This document shows positions 50,473 through 61,113 of a DNA stretch of 64,000 nt, piece by piece. Position numbers and translations under genes: made by a program. The notes beneath the pieces are model-generated. The model worked only from the letters and a program-made list of their open reading frames with translations. It was not told the origin of the DNA and did not search any database. Source of the stretch: an uncultured Spirochaetota bacterium (GTDB taxonomy: Bacteria; Spirochaetota; Spirochaetia; SZUA-6; CAVTHK01); assembly GCA_963734495.1 (NCBI GenBank), contig CAVTHK010000013.1, positions 288,001 to 352,000 of the forward strand, given 5' to 3'. The first letter of the stretch is position 1; every line of letters starts with the position of its first letter.

Positions 50473-51359
50473 GCATGGACCCACTTGTCGCTCAGCTTCC
50501 ACTGCGCGAGGGTCATCAGGAAGATGAGGAAGAAGAGGACCCACGCCATCGAGGCCGCGTAGCCCATGCGCAGGAACTGGAAGGCGCTCTCCCAGAGGTA
50601 GAACATGATGACCTTGGTGGAGTCCTCGGGGCCGCCCATCGTCATGGTGTAGATGGCGTCGAAGACCTGGAACGAGTTGATCACCGAGGTCACGGCGAGA
50701 AAGAAGGTCGTCGGGCTGATCAGGGGCAGCGTGATCTTCCAGAACTGCTGCCACGAACTGGCCCCGTCGATGCGCGAGGCCTCGTAGAGCTGCTCGGGCA
50801 CGCCCTGCAGTGCCGCGAGGTAGATCATCATGTTGAAGCCGAGCCCCTTCCACACGTTGACAAGGATCACCGACGGCATCGCCCACGTGCTGCTCACGAG
50901 CCAGTCCGGCCCCTGGATTCCGGCCAGCCCGAGCACGTAGTTCACAAGGCCGAACTCCGGGTTGTAGAGCCAGCGCCACACCAGGCCGACCGCCACCCAG
51001 GAGGACACGACGGGGATGAAGTAGGCGGTCCGGAAGATGACGCGGCCGCGGATCGGACGGTTCATCATCAGGGCGAGCAGGAGCGAGAGGACGAGGCCGA
51101 GCGGGATGCCGGTAAAGGCGAAGTAGGCCGTGTTGCCGAGCGTCTTCCAGAACCTCGCGTCGCTCAGCATGCGCGTGTAGTTCGCAAACCCAACGAACTT
51201 CGGCGGCTCGACGAGCGTGTAGGTCGTGAGGCTCAGGTATATGGAGGCGAGAAACGGGATGAGCAGGAAGACGCCGATCCCGACCAGGACGGGGCTGATG
51301 AACAGGTACGCGTCGCGGGCTTCGCGCGAACCGAGCGCGCGGACTCTCCTCTTCGCCAC
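50469..51359 (-). CDS. Carbohydrate ABC permease (MalF-type)
   Basis: FVGFANY, LYEASRIDGA, GGP. Confidence 0.93.
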   Translation of the reverse strand: MAKRRVRALGSREARDAYLFISPVLVGIGVFLLIPFLASIYLSLTTYTLVEPPKFVGFANYTRMLSDARFWKTLGNTAYFAFTGIPLGLVLSLLLALMMNRPIRGRVIFRTAYFIPVVSSWVAVGLVWRWLYNPEFGLVNYVLGLAGIQGPDWLVSSTWAMPSVILVNVWKGLGFNMMIYLAALQGVPEQLYEASRIDGASSWQQFWKITLPLISPTTFFLAVTSVINSFQVFDAIYTMTMGGPEDSTKVIMFYLWESAFQFLRMGYAASMAWVLFFLIFLMTLAQWKLSDKWVHA

Positions 51360-51372
51360 TTCCGCCTCCGCG

Positions 51373-51402
51373 AAAACGGGCGCGGGGGAGACCCCGCGCC
51401 CG
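51373..51402 (-). terminator. Intercistronic stem-loop with U-tract after the binding-protein gene
   Basis: Minus strand CGGGCGCGGGG-TCTC-CCCCGCGCCCG-TTTT. Confidence 0.7.
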
Positions 51403-51431
51403 CGTAGATCAAGCGTTCGAGAGCGCCCCGC

Positions 51432-52768
51432 TTACGGGGTCACCGTGTCCACGTCCGCATAGGGCCTGTACTGGATCTCGTTGTTGATGGTCTCCTGGAT
51501 GTCCTTGACGAACGTGTCCGCCGCTTCCTTGGCGGTCTTGGTCCCGAGGAAGAGCCCCTCGACGTCCCGGTTCCACTTGCGAGTCCACCTCGGCGCCCTG
51601 CAGCAGGAACTCGGAGATGCGCGAGGTCTTCTCCAGGATCGTGAGGAAGATCTGCTCGTCTTCGGGAGTGTCGGGCCGCACGAACGCGTCCGAGTAGGCG
51701 ATCGTCTTGATGATCGGGATGCGCGGCGATGTTGGCGAGGAAGGTCTGAGGCTCCTTGTCGGTGCTGAGCCACTTCATGACCTCCCAGGCCGCCATCTTG
51801 TTCTGCGCGTAGGACGGCATCGACCACCCCTCGTAGGTCGCGCGGGTCAGGCTGTTCGCCGGGCCCTTGACCGGCATGGCGACGCCGTAGTCGAGGGTGC
51901 CCGCCTTGCGCGAGTCGCGGTAGGCCAGCAGGCCCCAGTTGCCGTTCTCCCACATCGCCAGGCGTCCCGCCTTGAACAGCGTGTCGGAGCCCTCTTCCTT
52001 CTCGACCGAAGCCGAAGGGGCGACGTGGTACTTGTTGCGGAGGTCGGTGTAGGCCTGCAGGCCCGCGATCGCCGCCGGGTCGCTCAGCGTCGACTTGGTC
52101 TTGCCCTTGTCGAAGAGGTTGCCGCCGGCCCTCCAGATCCAGGTCTGCGGGTAGAGCCACTGCGTGCGGATCCCGAAGCCGTAGGTGTACGGCTTGCCGT
52201 CCTTCTGCGTGGTCGTCTTCTGCGCCGCGTCGAGGAACTGCTCGTAGGTGATCCCGGCCTTCGGGTCGGAGACGCCCGTCGTCCTTGAACAGCTTGTTGT
52301 TGTAGTACATGCCGACGACGTCGCCCTTGAACGGCAGCGCGTAGATCTTGCCCTTGTACATGAAGGGGATCCAGCTGTCCTTGAAGAACTTCGAGGTGTC
52401 GATGTCCTTCTTCACCAGGTCGGTGAGGTCCATGAACTGGTCGCGCACGAAGTACTCGCCGACCCAGTCGTCGTCGGACCGCAGAATGTCCGGGAGCTGC
52501 TTGGCCGCCATCATGACCTTGAACTTGTCCCAGTAGCCGCTGCCCGGAACCATCTGGAGCTCGACCACGATGTGGCTGAACTTCTTGTTCCAGAGCTTGA
52601 CCGCCTCCTCCATGATCTGCATGGTCTCCAGCGATCCGCCACCGTACAAGCACCTTGAGCTGCACCGGGCCCTTGCGTGCCCGCCTCCTGCTTGCCGCTG
52701 GCCGCCACGGTCGCCGCCGTGAGAACGACCAGAACGAGCACGAGCGCCCTCTTGATGATCTTTCTCAT
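51432..52768 (-). CDS. Extracellular sugar-binding protein, several frameshifts
   Basis: Signal peptide ..TAATVAASGKQEA; PDI, YKGKIYALP, MYYN, FKAGRLAM, AAWEVMKWL. Confidence 0.85.
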
Positions 52769-53746
52769 CTCCAGGCCTCCTCCTCGATACTTCTCTCAGC
52801 TCCGACGGAGCTTGTTCGCGCCAGATACGTAATACGGCGCGGCGGCCTCGTGCCCGCCCGGTCGCGACGGCGGCCGGCCGCGTCGCCGGCTCGATCGGCG
52901 CCCAGGTGCTCCGCGACGAAACGCAGCGACTGCGTCATCGCCGCCCGGATCGCCGGGAGCGCGACCGGCGGCTCCCGCGGATCGAGGGCGATCCGCCAGT
53001 CCGGCCCGCGGTGGTGGCGCAGGGGAAGCTCGATGGCGAGGGGCGGAGCCTCCGATCCCAGCCGCCGAAGGATTGTATCATAGTGGGTGACCCCTGCGCC
53101 GATCGGGACGAACCGCCACCCGAACCCGTCCCGCGCGATCTCCTTGAGGTGCAGGTGAGCCGCCACGGGCAGGGCGTCGACGTAGTCCTGCTCCGGACGC
53201 AGCGCTCCCCGCGAATAGGAGTAGATGTTGGAGAAATCGTAGTTCAGACGGACGCACGGAGAGCCGATGCGTTCCACGAGATCAGCGCCCGCGCGGCCGC
53301 TGTCGACGATGTTGTCGCTGCCGTCGCCCGGGTTTTCCAGGCAGATCGTGATGCCCGCGCGCTCGGCGATCGGGATGACGGCCTCCACGGCGGCGAGAAA
53401 GTCCCGCTCCCGCTGCCGCTGGCTCGTGTTGGTGTGCACGAAGCGCGCGCCGAGCGCCGCTGCGAACTCGATCCGCCGGCGGAAGCCCGCGCGCGCCCGC
53501 TGGCAGGCCGAGGTCCATGTGGGCGCCGACGGAGCGGACTGCCAACCCGTTGGCGCGCGCCGCGGCTGCCAGGCGGGCGGCGTTGGCCGGCGAGAACCAG
53601 CCGTCGTCCATCTCCGGGTAGTAGGCCGCGATCAGCGCGGGCTCGACGTACCGCGCCCCGGCGGCCGCGATCTCGGCGAACGCCACCTCGAGGTCGTGGC
53701 CGTGCCAGGCCAGTGTGTTGATCGCGACCCCGCCGTCCGGAAGCAT
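52765..53746 (-). CDS. Sugar phosphate isomerase/epimerase (xylose-isomerase-like TIM barrel), frameshift near 53490
   Basis: ITICLEN, LNYDFSN, HLHLKE, PIGAG, AIE. Confidence 0.82.
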
Positions 53747-54153
53747 CAGCCCCTGGAACCTTTCTTCCTGGCGTCTTCGGCTGCTTTCTGGATGCGGTCC
53801 AGGTTCTCCTTGGCCGTGTAGCCGGGAACGAACACGGTCGCGAGCTTGATCGACTCCGGCCCCGTGTTCCTGATCTGGTGCATCTCGCCGGCCCTCGCCT
53901 ACAGCGCCATGTCCGGCTCGACCGGGATCTCCTTGCCGTCGCAGACCGCGACGCCGCGGCCGGAGACGATGAGGATCAGCTCGGGACGGTCGTGGGCGTG
54001 GTAGTCGGTCTGGCTGCCCGGATCGATGATCGCGTGGCTGAACGTGATCTCCGGCACGCCGCGGACATCGGGGGCGAGCATGACCTTGATGTGCCTGCTG
54101 TAGGGCGCGGGAATCGTGACCGCCTTCTCTTGCCAGCATCTGATGACTTCCAT
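53746..54153 (-). CDS. Cupin domain protein with an in-frame TAG at 53899-53901
   Basis: DYHAHDRPELILIVSGRG..MAL*ARAGEMHQIRNTG..; frame continues to TGA 53746 coupled to the next ATG. Confidence 0.8.
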
Positions 54154-54243
54154 GGGCTCTCCTTGTCGTCGACGGGATGTTCGGCGCGGCGCCGGCACTT
54201 CCTTTGCGAAAGAAACCTGGCGGCCAACGCCGAGGCCCGCAAA

Positions 54244-54293
54244 ACATCCTACGTACTACGTCCCATCTCTAACAGCGGCCGGACCCCTGTCAA
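54244..54293 (-). promoter_or_regulatory. Promoter of the sugar operon with a candidate FadR/GntR operator
   Basis: Minus strand TTGACA 54293-54288, TAGAGAT, then GACGTAGTACGTAGGATGT (tandem ACGTAG). Confidence 0.55.
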
Positions 54294-54642
54294 TCCCGAA
54301 CTGGAGCATTGATCACGCGATCGGGCATCCGCGACAACAAGGTATTCATCGCATCACCTTCACTACGTGCAACCGACCGGTACGCCCTCAGCTCGCCGTT
54401 GTTAACAGCGCCACGGGTGCCCTCATGGATTGAGCGGGAGACTGTCCTGCTCGACGAACGTCGCGGCGGCAGCCCGCAACTGAAAACGGTCCCGCCGAGA
54501 CCGCGTGTGGTCGACCCCTTGCCCTGTACTCGCCGCAAGCGTGTCGGCGGAAGTAACTTCACCATCCCCTTGCCCACCGACCGCGGCGAAACGGCCGGCG
54601 ACTGTACGGAAATCGTTCAGCGCGCCGCGCGCCGTTTGGCCA

Positions 54643-55578
54643 ATGGAGGTAAATTTGTCACGCCCTCGCGCCTGGCTCTCGATCCTGAGGCTGCAGTTCT
54701 ATCCCATGACTCCGGTCGTCGTCGCATGGGGTGCGCTTACGGCCGGCCGGGCCGCCGGCAGGCTCGACGCAGCGGCTCTGGCGCTGGCCGCGGCTGCGAT
54801 GATCCTGCTCGAAGTCGCCACCGTCCTCATCAACGAGCTGGTGGACTTTGCCAGCGACGCGCTGAACCGCAACGCCGGGCCGTTCACGGGCGGGAGTCGC
54901 GTCCTTGTCCGCGGCGGGCTCGAGCAGGGCGACGTCAGGCGCGCCGTCGCGCTGGCCCTCCTCGGGTACGCGGTGTGCGCCGCGGCGCTGGCGGCGCGGC
55001 TCGCGCCCGGCCACGGGCTGCCGCCGGCCGCGGCGCTGCTGCTGGTCGGGCCGGTGTTCGCTCTCGGCTACACCGCCCCACCGCTTCGCCTCTGCTACCG
55101 CGGCCTCGGCGAGCTCGACGTCGCGCTGGTCACCGGACCCTACCTCTTCCTGATCGGCTACGCTGTGCAGGGGGCGGGATGGCCGCGCGGCGCGGACCTC
55201 GCGCCTCTGCTTCCCCTCGCGCTCGCGATCTTCGCCGCGATCACGCTCGCGGGAATCCCCGACGAGGCGGCCGACCGGGCCGTTTCGAAGAGGACCCTCG
55301 CCGTTCTGCTGGGCCCGCGTCCGGCCGCGGTTGTGGCCGGCGTCGCTGCGCTCGGGGCATCAGCAGCCGCGCTGCGCCTCGGCCTTCCCGTGGGCCGCAC
55401 GGTCGCCGAGCTGGCCGCTGTCCACGGGTGCATCGCGGCATGCGCCGCCATTCTGCTCGCGCGCCGCCGCGGCATCGACCGCCGCATCGACCTCTCGCTC
55501 GTGATCGCGCTCACGCTGATCCCCTGGTTCGGGCTTGCTCCGCTGGTGGCGTCGCTCGCGCGAGCTGGCGTGCAGTAG
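54643..55578 (+). CDS. MenA/UbiA-family prenyltransferase
   Basis: LRLQF, NELVDFASD..PFTGGSR, YTAPPLRL, IPDEAADRAVSKRTL. Confidence 0.85.
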   Translation: MEVNLSRPRAWLSILRLQFYPMTPVVVAWGALTAGRAAGRLDAAALALAAAAMILLEVATVLINELVDFASDALNRNAGPFTGGSRVLVRGGLEQGDVRRAVALALLGYAVCAAALAARLAPGHGLPPAAALLLVGPVFALGYTAPPLRLCYRGLGELDVALVTGPYLFLIGYAVQGAGWPRGADLAPLLPLALAIFAAITLAGIPDEAADRAVSKRTLAVLLGPRPAAVVAGVAALGASAAALRLGLPVGRTVAELAAVHGCIAACAAILLARRRGIDRRIDLSLVIALTLIPWFGLAPLVASLARAGVQ

Positions 55579-55621
55579 GCCCGAGTCGGCACCCGCCCAC
55601 TCAGGAGCGGGCGAGCCCGAC

Positions 55622-57160
55622 TCAGGAGCGGGCAAGCAGCAGCGAGAGGGCCGGGATCACGCCGCACAGGACGCCGGCGGCGGCCGACGCGCTCATCAGC
55701 GCGGTGAGCCGCGTGCCCGCGGGCCGCGCCCACGCCCCGAAGCTCGCCAGTATGAAGGCGGCCGTCGCCGCGGGCGGCACCGCCGCGAGCAGCGCGGGCG
55801 CCGGGGCCAGCGAGCCCGACGCGCCGAGGAGGATGAGCGCCGCGGCAGCGCCCGCGGACGCTGCGGCGGCGACGGCGAGCACTGCACGCGGCCCGATGTT
55901 CACCGCGATCGACCGCTTGCCCGAGGCGCGGTCAGCGTCGAGATCGGGGATCTGCGTCAGGCACAGAGTGGTGAAGACCGACAGCGAGATGGGCACCGCC
56001 ATCAGCTCGAGCGACGCGCCCCGAAGGACGCCGGCGATCGCGGCGGGGTCCGCCTGCAGCGCGAGCCCCACGGCCATGAGCGGCGCCCCGTACGCGACGA
56101 GGGCCGCGACCTCGCCGAGCCCGATGCGCGCGAGGCGCAGCGGCGGCAGGCTGTACTCCAGCCCCAGCGCGAGGGCTGCGAGCATGCCGGCGGCCAGGAT
56201 CCAGTGCGCGCCGAGGGCCACGGCGGCGCCTCCCGCCGCCAGCGCGAGCGCCGCGGCGGCCTTCCAGCCCGCGGCGAGCATGCGCCGGCTCGCGAGCCCG
56301 CGCGCGAGCAGCCCGGTCCCTCCCGAAAACGGCGTGCGGTTGCGGTTGATCGCATCGGTGTCCGCGTCGGCAGCCTCGTTGGCGAGCGAGACCGCCGCGT
56401 GACCGAGGAACCCGATCGCCTGCGCGGCGAGCAGTCCCAGCAGCCGGAAGCGTCCGCCGATCGAGGCGCCCAGGGCGCTCCCGAGAAAGACGGAAGCAGA
56501 GGTAAAGGAAAACAGGGGAAGTCGGCACGCGGCGACCAGCGTCCGGCACGCGGCGGCCAGGCGCTCAGCGCGGCCGCGCGGCCGGCCGGCGCGCGCCGCG
56601 ATCGCCTCGGCCTGCGCGAGCCAGCGCGCGCGGGCCTCGCTCGTGGAGCCGCGCACCGGACCGAAGAGGCGGAACCGGCACGGCTTGAGCCCGCAGAACT
56701 CGAAGGCTCCCCGCAGCAGCCCCTGCAGCGCCTGGATGCGGCGCTTCATGTACAGGATCGGGATCGGAGTGTCGGTCGTCACGAGCAGCAGGACGTCGCG
56801 GCCGTCGAGCTTTCCGGTCGGGATCCCGGCCTTGTTGTACTCGAACGAGTAGTCCTCGGTCAGGACCCGGTCGAGATAGCCCTTGAGCATGGCGGGCAGC
56901 GAGGCCCACCACATCGGCGTGACGAGCACGAGCGTCTCCGCCCACCACAGCTCTTCCTGCAGCGCGAGCGTCCCGGGCGAACCGGCGTTCTCGGGCAGGT
57001 CGCGGAGAACCGGGTCGAAGCCCTCGGCGTAGAGGTCGTGAAAGCGGACCTCGGCGCCCGAGCCGCGCAGCCCTCGCAGCACTGCGTCCTTGATCGAGTG
57101 ATTGAAGCTGGCCGCGGACGGATGGCACAGAATCAGCAGAACGCGCCTTGGCGCACCCAT
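55622..57160 (-). CDS. Fusion: Flavodoxin_2 NAD(P)H:quinone oxidoreductase plus MenA-like prenyltransferase
   Basis: HPSAASFN..DLYAEGFDP..PMWWASLPAMLKGYLDRV then NEAADADTD..PFSGGTG, YSLPPLRL, IPDLDADRASGKRS; single uninterrupted ORF. Confidence 0.85.
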   Translation of the reverse strand: MGAPRRVLLILCHPSAASFNHSIKDAVLRGLRGSGAEVRFHDLYAEGFDPVLRDLPENAGSPGTLALQEELWWAETLVLVTPMWWASLPAMLKGYLDRVLTEDYSFEYNKAGIPTGKLDGRDVLLLVTTDTPIPILYMKRRIQALQGLLRGAFEFCGLKPCRFRLFGPVRGSTSEARARWLAQAEAIAARAGRPRGRAERLAAACRTLVAACRLPLFSFTSASVFLGSALGASIGGRFRLLGLLAAQAIGFLGHAAVSLANEAADADTDAINRNRTPFSGGTGLLARGLASRRMLAAGWKAAAALALAAGGAAVALGAHWILAAGMLAALALGLEYSLPPLRLARIGLGEVAALVAYGAPLMAVGLALQADPAAIAGVLRGASLELMAVPISLSVFTTLCLTQIPDLDADRASGKRSIAVNIGPRAVLAVAAAASAGAAAALILLGASGSLAPAPALLAAVPPAATAAFILASFGAWARPAGTRLTALMSASAAAGVLCGVIPALSLLLARS

Positions 57161-57187
57161 AAGCCTCCAAGGCAAGGGGAGTGCAAT

Positions 57188-58003
57188 TTACTGCGAAAAG
57201 CGGGAGGCCGGCGAGAGCCTCGCCCCAGCAGCGCTTCGCGCAGGCGGCCGCGCACCTCCGCGGTGACGCCGGCGCGCGCGGCCAGGTACGCCTCGAGCGA
57301 CCCGTAGCGCGCGCGGACGACGTCGAAGGCGGCCGCGAGATACCGCGGCCGCGCCTCCAGGAAGACCCTCGCGAAGCGCGGCCTCGCGCATCCGCCCGCG
57401 ACGCGGTCGACGAAAGCGCGCCGGCACCAGTTGGTCAGCAGGTAGTCCCGCATCGCGAGTGCCCGGGGCACGCCGAGCGCCGCGAGGATGAGCGTGCACA
57501 GGAACCCGGTGCGGTCCTTGCCCGCCGTGCAGTGGAGCGCGAGCGGAAGGTTCCCCGGATCGCACAACGCCTGCACCACCCCTCGCGCGTGGCCGGCGAG
57601 GTCGTCCACGAACCCACGGTAAATGTCAAGGTGAAGGCGCCTGCCCTCGGTGTCGCCTTCACCGCCCGCCTTTACCGCGTGCCACACGGTCTTGAAGCGC
57701 TCGATCGCGTCGCTGGTCATGGGCATGGGAAGCGCACGCGCGCCGGCAGGCAGGCGGTCGGGGTCGACCCGCTGCACATCGGGCTCGCGCAGGTCGACCA
57801 CGGTCCGGATGCCGAGGCTCCGCGAGCCGCGCGAGGTCCTGCGGCGAAGCCGCGCTCCAGGACCCGGAACGGAAGAGCACGCCCGTGCCTCGTGACGCGG
57901 CCGTCTCCGGCCGGGATGCCGCCGAGGTCGCGGAAATTGTCGATGCCCTCGAACGCGAACGACGCGCCGCGAGGTCGCGCGCGGCCGGGCGCCGGACGAT
58001 CAC
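57188..58003 (-). CDS. Tyrosine-protein phosphatase (Y_phosphatase3/IphP type), frameshifted; ends approximate
   Basis: NFRDLGG, LFRSG, VVDLR, HCTAGKDRTG, DYLLTN. Confidence 0.8.
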
Positions 58004-58962
58004 CGGTCAGCCACGCGCACGCGGCCGTTGGCGACGAGCCAGTCGACCGCCTCGCGGACAGCCTGGAACGAGCTGTAGCGCGGCTGAAAACCCAGCAGCC
58101 GCTTCGCCTTCGCGATGCTGCAGTTGGGGCTGTGCGCGATGTGGTCCCACGTCGCCTTCGCCTCTTTCTCGCCGACGCTCGCGCGGAACTCCTCCCACGG
58201 CAGGAAGCGAAGCCGCGCCTCCCTGCCGAACCACGACGCGACTTCCATCGCGTAGCCGCGGAGGGTCACGGCCGCTTCCGACACCACGTGGAAGCTCTCC
58301 CCGACGGCCGCGCCCCAGTGGTCGAGGGCGGCCTCGAAGGCCTGGGCGACATCGTCGGCGTGCACGTGGTGCACGGTCTCCATCCCGATGTTCGGGAGCG
58401 CGACCTCCTCGCCGCGGGCGAGGCGGCCGTAGACTTCGGGGTCGAAGTTGCCGGTCGGGTTCAGGGGGACCCACCCGGGCCCCACGATGTGGCCGGGGTG
58501 CAGCACGGTCGCGGGCAGGCCGCGGACGCGGGCTTCGCGGAGGAGGTACTCCTCGAGCGCCGCCTTGTTCACTCCGTAGTCCCCGAACGGGCGCCGGGGC
58601 TCGGCCTCCGTCGTCGGCACGGAGCGGCTCGGCCCGTGGACCCAGACGGTGCCGCAGACCAGGAGGTGCCGCACGCGGCCGGCCAGCGCCTCGGCGAGCT
58701 GCCGCCCGCTTGCCTCCGTAAAGCAGATCATGTCGACGACCGCGTCGGGGCCGAGATCGGCGATGCGGCGGCCGAAGCTGCCCCGCGCCTCCTCCGCCGC
58801 GCGGTCGAGCGGGACCCGAGTGACGCGGCTCCACGCCGCGTGCGGCAGATAGGGCTCACGCTGGCCGCGGCTGACGTTGACGACCTCATGGCCCGCGGCT
58901 ACGAGCCGCGGGACCAGGAAAGTCCCGACGTGGCCGCTGCCGCCGATGACGACGATCTTCAT
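58000..58962 (-). CDS. NAD-dependent epimerase/dehydratase
   Basis: GGSGHVG, YGVNK. Confidence 0.9.
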   Translation of the reverse strand: MKIVVIGGSGHVGTFLVPRLVAAGHEVVNVSRGQREPYLPHAAWSRVTRVPLDRAAEEARGSFGRRIADLGPDAVVDMICFTEASGRQLAEALAGRVRHLLVCGTVWVHGPSRSVPTTEAEPRRPFGDYGVNKAALEEYLLREARVRGLPATVLHPGHIVGPGWVPLNPTGNFDPEVYGRLARGEEVALPNIGMETVHHVHADDVAQAFEAALDHWGAAVGESFHVVSEAAVTLRGYAMEVASWFGREARLRFLPWEEFRASVGEKEAKATWDHIAHSPNCSIAKAKRLLGFQPRYSSFQAVREAVDWLVANGRVRVADR

Positions 58963-60899
58963 GCGGGCGCCGCGGCCTTTTCGGCCTTGGTGGCCAGGAT
59001 CTCCTCCGGGACCACGGTGATGAGCTTCGCGAGCTCGTCGAAGACGAAGTCGATGTCCATGACCCCGCGCAGCGTCCTCCCGTCGTGGACGGGCGGCTTG
59101 GTCCCCGCAGCGGCGCGGCCCGTCGGCGCGGCGGCCTTCTTCACCTTGCTCTTCCTGGCGGGCGCCTGCGCGTAGATCGGGACGGCGGCCGTCATGATCA
59201 GCCGGCCGGTGTACTTGGAGAAGAAGAGGTCCGAGTAGTAGGGCTCGCCGTTCTTGAGCACGTTCACGAACCAGTCGTGCTTGCGGAAGTCCTTGTTCAG
59301 CAGGTTGCGGTAGAGGGCCTTTTCGCCGCGCTGCGTGTGCACCTGGCTGATGCGCCGGCCCTCGGTGTTGGTGACCGCGATGAGCTGGATCGAGCCTTCC
59401 TTGCGCACCACCTCGTGCAGGAAGCGCTCCATGCGCTCGGCGTCGAGGGCCTGCACGGCCTCGGAGGCGGAGATGCGGCCCGCGAGCGTGACCGCCCTGG
59501 CGACCGCCTCGCGCTTGACCTTCTCGAAGTCCGACAGGAACAGGTGCGGCAGGTAGTGGCGGGCCTGCGCGATCAGCTCGTCGGGCGAGATGCTGCTCGT
59601 GCGGCCCTGCTCGTACTGCTCCATCACCCAGTTGTTGATGTGCCGGACGCCGGGGTGGCGCTTGGACAGCGGCTCGAACCGGATGCCGGTGATCTCCGGG
59701 ATGTTGTCGTTCATCCACTGCGCGATGCCGGCCAGGCCGCTCTTGTCCGTGACGGTGATCCGCAGCGGCCGGCCGAGGATGCGGTCGGTGTCGAAGATGT
59801 TGTAGATCTCCTGGTTCTTCATGATGCCGTCGGCGTGGATGCCGGCGCGCGTGGTGTTGAACTCGCTGCCCGCGAACGGGTAGTTGGACGGTATCGGCGC
59901 CTTGACCTGCTCGCGGAAGTAGTCGGCGATCTCCGTGATCACCCGGGTGTCCATGCCGTCGTCGGTGCCGCGCAGGCTGATGTACTCGATCACCGCCGCC
60001 TCGAGCGGCGGGTTGCCCGTGCGCTCGCCGTAGCCGAGGAGCGACGCGTTCAGCGACGCGCAGCCGTACAGCCAGGCCGTGGTCGCGTTGATGTGCACCT
60101 TGTGGAAGTCGTTGTGGCCGTGCCACTCCAGCCACTCGGGCGGATAGCCGAGCTCGTAGGCAAAGGCGTGCACCAGCTTCGGCACGCTGCGCGGCAGCAT
60201 CGCCTCGGGGTAGGTCAGGCCGTAGCCGAGGGTGTCGCAGAGCCGGATCTTGATGCCGACGCCGCTCTCCTCCATGAGGCGAAGCACCTTTTCGGCAAAG
60301 GGCAGGCAGAAGCCGTAGATGTCCGCCCGGGTGACGTCCTCGAGGTGGCAGCGCGGCCGGATGCCGTTCGAGAGCGCCTCCTTGACGATGGAGAGGTACT
60401 CCTCCATGGCGGCCGCCCTCGTGGTCTTGAGCTTGAGATAGATGTGGTAGTCGGAGCAGGAAGTGAGGATCCCGGTCTCCTTGAGGCCGAACTCGCGCAC
60501 CAGCTTGAGGTCGGCGGCGGCGGCGCGGATCCAGCTCGTGATCTCGGGATACCTGTAGCCGAGCGCCTGGCAGCCTTCGACCGCGGCGCGGTCGCGCTTG
60601 GAGTAGATGAAGAATTCGCTCTGCCTGATGATGCCCTTGGGCCCTCCGAGCCTGTGCAGCATCGAGTAGATGTCGACGATCTGCTGCGGCGTGTACGGCG
60701 GGCGCGCCTGCTGGCCGTCGCGGAACGTCGTGTCCGTGATCCAGATCTCCGGTGGGGGCTGCGGGCGCACGTAGACGCCGTCAAAGAGGATCCGCGGGAT
60801 CTCCGTGTAGGGGAACTGCTCGCGGTACAGCACGGGCGCCTCGGGCTCGATCATGGGGAAGGAGCGGGCGGGCACCGGCGCAAAGGGGCTCTTGACCAT
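58959..60899 (-). CDS. DRE-TIM Re-citrate-synthase-like enzyme with a C-terminal Cache/PDC-like domain
   Basis: TDTTFRDGQQ, SCSDYHI, CHLEDVTRAD, HGHNDF, GERTGN, TRAGIHADG; C-terminal WF..YYSDLFFSKYTGRLIMT..GVMDIDF. Confidence 0.85.
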   Translation of the reverse strand: MVKSPFAPVPARSFPMIEPEAPVLYREQFPYTEIPRILFDGVYVRPQPPPEIWITDTTFRDGQQARPPYTPQQIVDIYSMLHRLGGPKGIIRQSEFFIYSKRDRAAVEGCQALGYRYPEITSWIRAAAADLKLVREFGLKETGILTSCSDYHIYLKLKTTRAAAMEEYLSIVKEALSNGIRPRCHLEDVTRADIYGFCLPFAEKVLRLMEESGVGIKIRLCDTLGYGLTYPEAMLPRSVPKLVHAFAYELGYPPEWLEWHGHNDFHKVHINATTAWLYGCASLNASLLGYGERTGNPPLEAAVIEYISLRGTDDGMDTRVITEIADYFREQVKAPIPSNYPFAGSEFNTTRAGIHADGIMKNQEIYNIFDTDRILGRPLRITVTDKSGLAGIAQWMNDNIPEITGIRFEPLSKRHPGVRHINNWVMEQYEQGRTSSISPDELIAQARHYLPHLFLSDFEKVKREAVARAVTLAGRISASEAVQALDAERMERFLHEVVRKEGSIQLIAVTNTEGRRISQVHTQRGEKALYRNLLNKDFRKHDWFVNVLKNGEPYYSDLFFSKYTGRLIMTAAVPIYAQAPARKSKVKKAAAPTGRAAAGTKPPVHDGRTLRGVMDIDFVFDELAKLITVVPEEILATKAEKAAAPA

Positions 60900-61113
60900 G
60901 CGGGGCGACTCCTTATCAGGCGGCGCGATTGTACCCCCATCGACGGGCCCAGTGTCAAGCCGAATCGAGCACAAAACTGACAGAAACTACGCCTTCATGT
61001 CAATTTTGTGTCCGCGCAGGGCTGCCGGATCCGCGGTCGCGCGATGCAGCCGCTGCGGCCGCCGCGCGCCGGCGCCTTTCCACGAGCGCGCCGCCGGGAT
61101 ATCCTCGCGAGTC

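Noticed and set aside
54290-54577. 95-aa minus-strand ORF
   Set aside because: No motif, atypical codon usage, and it runs into the operon promoter
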